The translations under genes were made by a program, and so were the position numbers. Below are positions 41,177-48,687 of a stretch of 64,000 nt of DNA, piece after piece. The notes below the pieces were generated by a model. It was given only the letters and a program-made list of their open reading frames with translations. It did no database searches and had not been told where the DNA came from. Source of the stretch: Bacteroidia bacterium (GTDB lineage: Bacteria; Bacteroidota; Bacteroidia; NS11-12g; UBA9320); the NCBI GenBank assembly GCA_965216465.1, contig CBDCFW010000003.1:1-64000 (forward strand). Direction: 5' to 3'. Positions within the stretch are counted from its first letter, which is position 1. Each line of letters begins with the position of its first letter.

Positions 41177-42544
41177 ATGAAGTATTTCTGTTGGGGAGCA
41201 GCACGTCAGGTTACCGGGAGTATGCATCTACTGCGTTTCGAAACCGGGTTTTCAATGCTTATTGATTGTGGAATTGATTATGAAGATAAATCAAACAAAA
41301 CGATTAATGCTGTTTTTCCTTTTGAGCCCAGCGAAATTGATGTTTTAGTGTTGACTCATGCACACATTGATCACAGTGGCAATATTCCCAATCTAGTACG
41401 TCAAGGATTTAAAGGCGAAGTAATTTGTACAGAACCAACTGCCTATCTTTTAGATAAGTTATGGACTGATTCTGTGGGAATTATGAATGCGGATAGTAAG
41501 CGTAAGGATAGGGTGAAACTGTATGGTTATAAGGATGTTAGAGATGCTTGTGAGCGAATATTAACACTGCCTTTTTATAAGGAGTTTTCTGTACATGATG
41601 ATGTCTCAATAGAACTTTTCGAGGCGGGTCACATTATTGGTGCCGCCAGCGTTTCTGTTAAATATAAAGAAGGACGAAAGGAGAAGAGAATCGGATTCAC
41701 TGGAGACCTTGGTAATCCAGGATCAACCTTAATTGTTGACTCCAATGTCATGCCTAAGCTAGACTATTTGGTGACGGAAACAACGTATGGAAACAGACTG
41801 CATAAAGAGACTCGCTCGGCAGAAGATGTGCTTTACGAACAAGTTTACGAATCGTGTGTCAAAAATAACGGGAGATTAATTATTCCTGCATTCAGTGTAG
41901 GAAGAACTCAAGCTATTTTGTTTACACTCAAGAAGCTTTTTAAGTCTAAAAAGTTACCACCTATTAGAGTTTTTGCAGACAGTCCATTGGCGTTAGCAAG
42001 TACAAATATTCATAATCGATTCAGCGACTTTCTGAATTTGGAAGCTCGTTCGTATGCTAAAGATCAAGGCAGCTTATTCGATTTTAAAAGCTTGCAACTG
42101 GTTGAGGATGAAGAAGATGTAGAAGAAATGGATTACTATCAAGATGCCTGTATTATAGTTTCTTCTGCCGGAATGTTAGAAGGAGGGAGAATACAGCAAC
42201 ATGTAAGTGATCACATTCAAAATCCCAAGTGCACAATACTTATCGCAGGTTTCTGTTCGCCAGGCACGTTGGGTGAGAAGTTGCTATCTGGGGCCACAAT
42301 GTTAAAGATAAAGGGCAAGGAGAAGTATGTTTATGCTAATATTCTACAGACTGATGTATTTAGTGCACATCCAGATGCAAATGGGTTGAAGGAGTATTTA
42401 AATGAGTCGGACCATTCGGCATTAAAGAAAATCATATTTGTTCATGGAGAGGAAGAGTCTATGGAGCTGCTTAAGGCTGACTTACCCTCAGCATTGGCTG
42501 AAAAGGTTCAAATTCCTGAACGAGGAGAAGAGTTTAATCTTTAG
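41177..42544 (+). CDS. MBL-fold beta-CASP hydrolase
   Basis: THAHIDHSG, AGHIIG, TGDLG, ETTYG, PAFSVGR, FSAH, VHGE. Confidence 0.9.
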   Translation: MKYFCWGAARQVTGSMHLLRFETGFSMLIDCGIDYEDKSNKTINAVFPFEPSEIDVLVLTHAHIDHSGNIPNLVRQGFKGEVICTEPTAYLLDKLWTDSVGIMNADSKRKDRVKLYGYKDVRDACERILTLPFYKEFSVHDDVSIELFEAGHIIGAASVSVKYKEGRKEKRIGFTGDLGNPGSTLIVDSNVMPKLDYLVTETTYGNRLHKETRSAEDVLYEQVYESCVKNNGRLIIPAFSVGRTQAILFTLKKLFKSKKLPPIRVFADSPLALASTNIHNRFSDFLNLEARSYAKDQGSLFDFKSLQLVEDEEDVEEMDYYQDACIIVSSAGMLEGGRIQQHVSDHIQNPKCTILIAGFCSPGTLGEKLLSGATMLKIKGKEKYVYANILQTDVFSAHPDANGLKEYLNESDHSALKKIIFVHGEEESMELLKADLPSALAEKVQIPERGEEFNL

Positions 42545-42561
42545 GTTCAAATCTTGAATGC

Positions 42562-42688
42562 AAAATATCGAGTGACTATCTACTTAACTGCAAATATGAT
42601 GAGATAAGATTGTAGTGCTGAGATAGCCACCCAATATTTTAACTAACCTTATTAATTTATAAACCGCCGCACGATCTCTCATTGCGAC
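42562..42688 (-). ncRNA. Predicted sRNA-1 (~127 nt): 5' hairpin, AU-rich linker, 20-bp 3' stem
   Basis: Own box and -7 element (TTAGTTCG, 42693-42700). Stems 42666-42688 and 42562-42581/42621-42640, whose mismatches are all G-U pairs only on the minus strand. No ORF. Confidence 0.6.
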
Positions 42689-42721
42689 ACTGCGAACTAA
42701 GCTAAGAACGAACGCTTAATT

Positions 42722-42741
42722 TGTAGTAAATCATTGATTTT
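42722..42741 (-). promoter_or_regulatory. Upstream activator box, copy 1 (AAAATCAATGATTTACTACA)
   Basis: 29 nt between box and end of the -7 element, as in three other copies. Confidence 0.75.
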
Positions 42742-42780
42742 TATGAAGTAGAACTTTTTATGTCTGATTGTAGATGTGAA

Positions 42781-42872
42781 GTTGAGAAGCTAGCCTTCGA
42801 GATCATAACTCCCTTACGTTAGAATGTTCGGCTAGCCCCCAACATCGTACTAATAACTACTATACTTAATGT
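42781..42872 (-). ncRNA. Predicted sRNA-2 (~92+ nt): single-stranded 5' seed plus long hairpin
   Basis: Own box and GACATTTG -7 element directly after a terminator; stem GTTGGGGGCTAGCC/GGCTAGCTTCTCAAC (42781-42843) with minus-strand G-U pairs. Confidence 0.6.
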
Positions 42873-42906
42873 ATCTTCAAATGTCAGATTCTTGAATGAC
42901 TTAAAA

Positions 42907-42926
42907 TGTAGTAAATTGTTGATTAT
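42907..42926 (-). promoter_or_regulatory. Upstream activator box, copy 2 (ATAATCAACAATTTACTACA)
   Basis: 29 nt to the end of GACATTTG. Confidence 0.75.
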
Positions 42927-42933
42927 TAGGCAT

Positions 42934-42963
42934 AAAAAAAGGCTTTGGAAGTCCAAAGCCTTT
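42934..42963 (-). terminator. Rho-independent terminator of the 45809-42983 operon
   Basis: GGCTTTGG-ACTT-CCAAAGCC followed by T7 on the minus strand. Confidence 0.85.
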
Positions 42964-42982
42964 AATTTCTTGTTGCGATCGT

Positions 42983-44155
42983 TTAATCTTGTTTAACAAA
43001 TGGCAACATTTGTGAAGCTTGACGCGGAACGTCAATCTTCAGGTAATACATTCCGTGACTCAAGTCGGAAGTGTTTACGGTATAGGTGTTTCCAGATTTT
43101 ATTTGCGTCTGTATATCAACAATCTTAACAGGTTGACCAAGTGTGTTTTGTATTGAAATGATAGGGTCGTGAACGAGCAATAAGTTAGAGGCGTCATTGA
43201 TTTTAAACTTAAGCTCATATGTTACTACAGTCGGGAAGACCTCAATTTGAACACCGTCAATTGTTCGGTCTAAAATTGCAATACGATGGTATTCATGGCT
43301 TTCGTCAAAGTCAACTTGTTTCAAGCGATAGAATACTTGATTGATGCCATGCAGGTTTTTGTCCTGAAAGCTATATTGAAGTATTTGATTTGAGTTACCG
43401 TTGGGTGCAGCACTCTTCACAACCCCAATTTTCTCAAAAAATGTTCCATCTAAACTCCGTTCAACTTCAAAGTGTTGGTTGTTGATTTCAGTAGCTGTTG
43501 ACCAATAAACCAGAGCCTCAGTTTCTGAGGTCCACCTAGCATCAAAGCTTAAAAGTTTAACTGGCAATGGAATCGTGTCTGAAGACTGCGTTAAATTGTA
43601 CGACGTAAATATTGTTGAAGGATTAGGTCTCATGGTTATGTTGGGTATAAAACCATTAACGGTCATGGTGCTGTCAAATCCTGTTGGTCCAACTCCGTTA
43701 ACGGCTTGAAGCATTCTAACAGTGGCTCCAGCAGTTGGATTCGAAAACTTTAATTTGTATATCGTATCAATGGTACCTGCGGTGGAAACATTTCCAAAAT
43801 CCGTTGGTCCGTTAATGGTATAATCGATAAATGCCAAATTATCCGGATTAGATCCCATCCCACCAGCTACAGTGGCTGCATCAAATGAATTACCTAAGTT
43901 CCATGTTCCTTGCACATCGGTTTTAGTTATTGTGCCTAAATCTTCGTCGTACCACAACGATATTCTTGAATTATTGGTAACTCTCATCCCTGTTGCTGCT
44001 GGGTTTGCTGGCCATTCAAGGTAAACAGCAACTTCATCAAAGTTAGTGCCTATTGGAACCATTTTGACTTCTGGAGCTTGGGAATAAACTCTTGATCCAG
44101 CTAGGCATAAAAGGCTCATAAAAACGATTTTACTTATTCTCATTTTAATTTTCAT
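42983..44155 (-). CDS. T9SS cargo protein: N-terminal beta-rich (possibly cohesin-like) domain, LPV-type Ig domain and CTD
   Basis: Signal peptide; LPVKLLSFDA..W.TATEINN..FEVERS.DG...FYRLKQVDFD; G.YYLKI...FVK CTD. Confidence 0.8.
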   Translation of the reverse strand: MKIKMRISKIVFMSLLCLAGSRVYSQAPEVKMVPIGTNFDEVAVYLEWPANPAATGMRVTNNSRISLWYDEDLGTITKTDVQGTWNLGNSFDAATVAGGMGSNPDNLAFIDYTINGPTDFGNVSTAGTIDTIYKLKFSNPTAGATVRMLQAVNGVGPTGFDSTMTVNGFIPNITMRPNPSTIFTSYNLTQSSDTIPLPVKLLSFDARWTSETEALVYWSTATEINNQHFEVERSLDGTFFEKIGVVKSAAPNGNSNQILQYSFQDKNLHGINQVFYRLKQVDFDESHEYHRIAILDRTIDGVQIEVFPTVVTYELKFKINDASNLLLVHDPIISIQNTLGQPVKIVDIQTQIKSGNTYTVNTSDLSHGMYYLKIDVPRQASQMLPFVKQD

Positions 44156-44183
44156 TTTGCGTGTTGATTTATATTTTGTTTGA

Positions 44184-45809
44184 TTATGGTAATTGTTGTG
44201 TTAAACCTGAAAAACCTTGTGAACCTCCAAAGAAGGTGTTTGAGGGATGACTTAAAATGACATTCAGAATCTCAGTGACATCATTATCTGTTCCTTCATA
44301 TTTTACATCTCCATCCATATTAATGTCGCTCATAGAATAGACTCCCGAATAATTAAACCCTTGAGATCCACCCAAAAATGTATTGCCAGGTGCTGCCAGA
44401 ACGATATTCAAGATTTCTGTAACGTCATTTCCGGAGCCTTCATAGAGTATAGATTCATCGTAGTTTACATCTCCAACCCACATGGCGTTTACGCCAGACT
44501 GACTTGCTGCAGCATTTGTACCAAATAGCGATACTGTACTGAAATCAAGTGATTTCCCTGACGATGTGAGTTGAATCGGATTTGCGGCCATTATACCAAA
44601 GTGGTTACGATGACGTACAGATACATAAACAGAATCGCTAACAGGACTCGAGAAACAAAGAGCACTGGTGCCGTCTGTGCTCACAATGTCTCCATCTCGC
44701 TGAATTAATGCCGACTGAGTTTCGAGAACTGTACTGCTGTTTGAAGTGTCTCGAAGTTCGATCATAACCCAATCTACTATAGCGTCGTTGCCAGTAACGC
44801 TCAATACGGTAGTTGTAGTTGTCTCACCACCACCATTTCCAGCATGAGAAAAGGCTGTGAGGGAAGTATAGGGCTCAGTAAGCGGAATTAAATTGTTGGA
44901 CCGCAGATGATCTGACATTGTAGTTCCAGAGCCGCTAATAAGTGCACCTTGCAAATAAGCCTTCGCCGATAAGCAAACATCTCCAATTTCTGCTAGGGCA
45001 TACACTTCAAAGGTGTTTGGAATAAGAGCAGCATCGGTAGAAATGGTTCCTGAATCTACAATTGATGAGCTTCCTGCAAAAGAAAGTGTACTCTGACCAG
45101 CAAGCATGGCTGTGGCATCTACTGTAGATTCAATTTGAACCCATTTTGATCCGTCCCAACCTACGATAGTTAAGTTTTGAATATTTCCTGAGGTAAAGGT
45201 GTTCATGTCGTCTGACAAGTTCCACGAAAGGGTAATTATTGCACTGTTTGAGCTGTTAATGTCCCAGTATCCTGAATTGTTCACACTTCCTATGCCGTCT
45301 TCAACACTGTCTGTATTAAATGTAGATCCTCCTGGTAGAGCTCCATAATCTATACCATCAATTCGGTCGGTTATGGCCATTGTTGGATCGGCATTGTAAT
45401 AAGCTACATTAGCATCTCCACCAACGCTGCTTAAGCCAACTGGATTATAAGTTCCATTATCTCCAACGGGAAAAACAAAGCCTCCTGTGTGATAACATCT
45501 AACATAGCCATCAACATGTGCGTTAGTATTTGCATTTTGCCATGATCCTGTGGTCGTAAAACTTAAGTAGCCAGGAACACTAGAATCTCGATCTGTTCCG
45601 ACAAGTCCAGAGTAGATGCCAGAGCCTGTTGTGAAGTTGTGTTCTCCAAAAATGGCCATTTCACCGCCTTTGGTAATATTAATTGAGGCAAAGGAGCCAG
45701 ATTGTCCAAATGTGCTTGTACTAACTAAGGTTAACACACAGACGGCCATCCCAGCTAGCAATTTTCTTATACCATAAAAATCGCTTAGTAGTTTGTTTGT
45801 TTCTTTCAT
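44184..45809 (-). CDS. Secreted adhesin-like protein with a duplicated dockerin-like Ca-binding C-terminal module; no T9SS CTD seen
   Basis: Signal peptide; VDGYV..FPVGD..YWDI domain; YLQGAL...VDWV.IELRD...RHRNH; two 40-aa DxNxD repeats. Confidence 0.75.
   Translation of the reverse strand: MKETNKLLSDFYGIRKLLAGMAVCVLTLVSTSTFGQSGSFASINITKGGEMAIFGEHNFTTGSGIYSGLVGTDRDSSVPGYLSFTTTGSWQNANTNAHVDGYVRCYHTGGFVFPVGDNGTYNPVGLSSVGGDANVAYYNADPTMAITDRIDGIDYGALPGGSTFNTDSVEDGIGSVNNSGYWDINSSNSAIITLSWNLSDDMNTFTSGNIQNLTIVGWDGSKWVQIESTVDATAMLAGQSTLSFAGSSSIVDSGTISTDAALIPNTFEVYALAEIGDVCLSAKAYLQGALISGSGTTMSDHLRSNNLIPLTEPYTSLTAFSHAGNGGGETTTTTVLSVTGNDAIVDWVMIELRDTSNSSTVLETQSALIQRDGDIVSTDGTSALCFSSPVSDSVYVSVRHRNHFGIMAANPIQLTSSGKSLDFSTVSLFGTNAAASQSGVNAMWVGDVNYDESILYEGSGNDVTEILNIVLAAPGNTFLGGSQGFNYSGVYSMSDINMDGDVKYEGTDNDVTEILNVILSHPSNTFFGGSQGFSGLTQQLP
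44211..44474 (-). repeat. Two 120-bp intragenic repeats (44355-44474 and 44211-44330) encoding dockerin-like halves
   Basis: GDVNYDESILYEGSGNDVTEILNIVLAAPGNTFLGGSQGF versus SDINMDGDVKYEGTDNDVTEILNVILSHPSNTFFGGSQGF. Confidence 0.85.
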
Positions 45810-45947
45810 TCAAATTGTATTTAATGTAGTTAATAAATAGTACTCTGATTTTCACAGCAATTGGTCGAACCTTATGCATTGTGGCCGAACCCAATTGGTC
45901 TCATCGAGTAATCAACGGCAAAAGTGTATCGCGAGAAACAGTCGATT

Positions 45948-45967
45948 TGTAGTAAATCGTTGATTTT
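45948..45967 (-). promoter_or_regulatory. Upstream activator box, copy 3 (AAAATCAACGATTTACTACA) for the secreted-protein operon
   Basis: 29 nt to the end of CACTTTTG. Confidence 0.78.
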
Positions 45968-46008
45968 GAAGAAAAGAGAAAAATTTTAAAATAAAAGCGG
46001 GTATGAGC

Positions 46009-46659
46009 TTAGTGAATTAGGTCGTTCTCGATTCCAAACAGGGTTAATTCTACCATATTGTTAACATTCAGCTTTTGAAATATGCGGTGACGATATGTGC
46101 CAATCGTAGAAGAATGGATGTTCAACTCATCTCCTACGTCTTTCGATGTATAACCATTGATGTAAAGTAACATAACCTCCATTTCTCGGGTGGTCAACTT
46201 GTCTAAAAGTTCATTACTTGTAGTTGAGATTGAAGATGACAATTTAGACACCAACTGTGTACAAACATATTTTCGACCTTCAAGAACTTCTCTTATGGCA
46301 TAAATAATATCCTCGAAAGGGGCATTTTTAGATATGTAACCCTTGGCTCCAGCTTTTATCAGTCGAATCGCAAAGGCCTCAGCAGGATACATTGACATTA
46401 TCAATACCTTTAAGTCGGGATAGGTCTCCAGAATTCTACTAATGCCTGTAATAGGGTTGCTATGCTCCATCTTTAGATCAGCCACCAACAAGTCATATTT
46501 TTTTTGGCTGAGCTTCTGCATGGTCTCTTCATAGCTACTTACGCCGTCAATTTTAGACATCGAATTGATGCTTCTAAGACGCTGAATGAGGCCTTGACGA
46601 ATTATTTCATGATCGTCAGCAATTAAAAAGTGTAGTGGTTGGTCCTGATCATTTAACAT
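46009..46659 (-). CDS. NarL/LuxR-family response regulator (GacA/UvrY-like)
   Basis: IADDH, DLKM, SMYP..FAIRLIKAGAKGYISK; LTTREMEV...STIGTYRHRIFQKL HTH. Confidence 0.9.
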   Translation of the reverse strand: MLNDQDQPLHFLIADDHEIIRQGLIQRLRSINSMSKIDGVSSYEETMQKLSQKKYDLLVADLKMEHSNPITGISRILETYPDLKVLIMSMYPAEAFAIRLIKAGAKGYISKNAPFEDIIYAIREVLEGRKYVCTQLVSKLSSSISTTSNELLDKLTTREMEVMLLYINGYTSKDVGDELNIHSSTIGTYRHRIFQKLNVNNMVELTLFGIENDLIH

Positions 46660-46710
46660 AAGTATAGACTAAATAATACTGCAAATTGAAGCCTATTATC
46701 TCAATTTTCT

Positions 46711-46730
46711 TGTAGTAAATCATTGAGATT
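46711..46730 (-). promoter_or_regulatory. Upstream activator box, copy 4 (AATCTCAATGATTTACTACA) for the response regulator gene
   Basis: 29 nt to the end of TCAATTTG. Confidence 0.75.
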
Positions 46731-46777
46731 TAGGGGTTATATAGCAAATCATAACCTCAATTTAAGTGATTTGTTTG

Positions 46778-46797
46778 AAAATCAATAATTTACTACA
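46778..46797 (+). promoter_or_regulatory. Upstream activator box, copy 5 (AAAATCAATAATTTACTACA), divergent
   Basis: 28 nt to the end of CTTAATTG; precedes the 46844 ORF. Confidence 0.72.
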
Positions 46798-46843
46798 AAT
46801 CGATTGAGCGACTAAACCTTAATTGCGGTTAAAAGAAGTAGCC

Positions 46844-47077
46844 ATGCTTGAAACTAAGGAGATTAACTATAAGCCGGAGTCCTTGTCTTCAAAATCGATT
46901 GGTATTCAGTCCTATGCAGACCGTAGAGTCAAACTTAGCAGGCGTGTGAATCGGGATTATACCGTGCTTAGGATCATTTTCAAACCCAAGAATTTAATCC
47001 TCATTGTCGTATTTATGAATCTGGTCGTATTAGACACTTTAATTCAATCATTTAAACGAAAGAAGAAAACTAGATGA
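46844..47077 (+). CDS. Small basic membrane protein (77 aa)
   Basis: ATG at 46844 after the boxed promoter; one hydrophobic helix; 4-nt overlap with the next ORF. Confidence 0.5.
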   Translation: MLETKEINYKPESLSSKSIGIQSYADRRVKLSRRVNRDYTVLRIIFKPKNLILIVVFMNLVVLDTLIQSFKRKKKTR

Positions 47078-47346
47078 AAACTAATTCTACAGAAACTATA
47101 GATCAACGCAAATATTTGTATACCTCTTTGTTTCGAAGAAAACTGGTATGCGAATTTGTTCCATGGCAAACAGAATCTCAATTAACATTAGCTACACCAG
47201 ATGGTGAAGAAGTCTTGTCGCTAGCAATAGCATCAAATACACGCCGTATTGCGCTTGAATTGGATCAACTCAATCCTGGGTTTTATCGATTAAGCCTTGG
47301 AGTAGTAGGAGTTGCCACAATTTCGCAATCCGTAGTGCTTTTTTAA
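47074..47346 (+). CDS. Small protein resembling a stand-alone T9SS CTD/Ig fold
   Basis: L.L.TPDG.EV...I.L.LDQLNPGFYRL.L......QSVV pattern; no signal peptide. Confidence 0.5.
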   Translation: MKTNSTETIDQRKYLYTSLFRRKLVCEFVPWQTESQLTLATPDGEEVLSLAIASNTRRIALELDQLNPGFYRLSLGVVGVATISQSVVLF

Positions 47347-47464
47347 TTTGCAGTTGATTTATATCTCATTTGAGATTTTCTATATGCTTCTTTAATAAAA
47401 ATTATAAGAATGAGCATCTAAATATATACAGATGCAAGGCTCAAACAGCAGAACTTTGTAATGA

Positions 47465-47608
47465 AAATTATAGCCTTAGCTTGGGGGCGGAAGAAGAAAT
47501 TATCAATGGGTTAATATGTTTCTCGTTCCCCCTAGTGAGCCCAGCATATGGATGTAAGTTCCTCAGATATTAACCATTGTATCATTGTAAGGTGACTGGG
47601 CTGTTTTT
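47465..47608 (+). ncRNA. Predicted two-hairpin structured RNA with inter-hairpin complementarity and a U-tract
   Basis: Stems 47480-47535 and 47538-47602 followed by TTTTT; 47504-47517 is complementary to 47567-47579; candidate -7 element GAACTTTG at 47451-47458. Confidence 0.45.
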
Positions 47609-47715
47609 CAACCACATATATCAAATAATTGGCATTTTTTAACATCTTTTTTGATGTTTCTTTATATAGATTTGTATATACAATTAAATACAAAACTGTT
47701 ACAAATTTGACCTGT

Positions 47716-48024
47716 ATGTCATTCGATCCCAACCATAATCACTCAATCACATTAACGGAAGCCGGTAATATGACTGAGGCCTTTAGAGTATCCAATCCAA
47801 CAGAAAAGATTGGAGGCTTTTTTGGTAAGAAAGCAATTCAAGATATTTTGGACCAAACCGATTGTGTAGGTTTGAAATTTTACTTTGCACGAAATAATGG
47901 TGACCTTACTTTGGTTGTTTGTGGTGCCAAAGCCAATCAAGACGATCTATATAATGGAGAACTCGCCGAATTTTCTTACGTCGACCCACCTTACAGTAGC
48001 TCATCCAATCCGTTGAATAGCTAA
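47716..48024 (+). CDS. Small cytoplasmic protein (102 aa) heading the membrane protein-HK-RR operon
   Basis: ATG at 47716 after TAGATTTG; I...A......F...GGFFG...I..IL.Q..CVG...Y.....L.LV.......D....DPP pattern. Confidence 0.75.
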   Translation: MSFDPNHNHSITLTEAGNMTEAFRVSNPTEKIGGFFGKKAIQDILDQTDCVGLKFYFARNNGDLTLVVCGAKANQDDLYNGELAEFSYVDPPYSSSSNPLNS

Positions 48025-48027
48025 CCA

Positions 48028-48687
48028 ATGGAAGATTACTACTTGAGTGTTAGGATTATAACCTATAGCTTGTTGATCCTTGTTTCATTATTTCGATTGC
48101 TGCAAGAACGCACTCGAGTAGTAATCTTGATTTTGATTTATGCACAGATTTGTCTACTGACTGACTTTCTTGATGTTGTATACATTTCATCAAATCTTGA
48201 ATTGTATTCAATTTTTAATTTGTGTCGAATCTTAATTATCTATTTTTTAATATCTCCTCAATTTTCAAATAGACTTATTCTTTATCTTAGCTTCGGTTTT
48301 TTTGTACTCATTACGGGACTTGCATTTCTAGGAACGTATAATTTTGAGTTCCTAAATTCTCATACGATTTATACTTCGAACTATGGATTTTTAGATACTT
48401 ATGAAAATAACTTACTTCTGCTGATACAAACCGTGGTCGTATTGCCTCTGTTATTTTTTGCGGTATATAAAGCAATAGCAACACCCACTACAAAATCACA
48501 GGTAAGATATTATGCAACCTGCTTTGCTTTTATCTTATCTTATGCCGGAATGCTGTTTAGTACGATTTTAGGAAATTTTATAATTCTTGATTTTAAGCTT
48601 TTTATTGAAATTTCAACTTTGATACTATACACAGTCTTTTTACTTTCGAATGGATTTCTACTTGGGGGACTTTTATGGAAGAAATAA
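48028..48687 (+). CDS. Polytopic (~6-7 TM) membrane protein, putative detached sensor subunit
   Basis: Hydrophobic throughout; 3' end overlaps the kinase start. Confidence 0.75.
   Translation: MEDYYLSVRIITYSLLILVSLFRLLQERTRVVILILIYAQICLLTDFLDVVYISSNLELYSIFNLCRILIIYFLISPQFSNRLILYLSFGFFVLITGLAFLGTYNFEFLNSHTIYTSNYGFLDTYENNLLLLIQTVVVLPLLFFAVYKAIATPTTKSQVRYYATCFAFILSYAGMLFSTILGNFIILDFKLFIEISTLILYTVFLLSNGFLLGGLLWKK

Noticed and set aside
42545-42930. Repeated 20-bp box with ~165-bp spacer as a CRISPR-like or guide array
   Set aside because: Only two copies here, no regular spacers and no cas or nuclease gene; the fixed distance to -7 elements fits promoter sites.
47415-47430. Possible sixth activator box (…AAATATATACA) 28 nt before GAACTTTG
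   Set aside because: Only TACA and the spacing match; too degenerate to count.
47370-47732. ORFs 47370..47573 and 47532..47732, and the N-terminal extension 47629-47715
   Set aside because: Non-ATG or shadow frames over a structured, promoter-containing spacer; the real gene most likely starts at ATG 47716.
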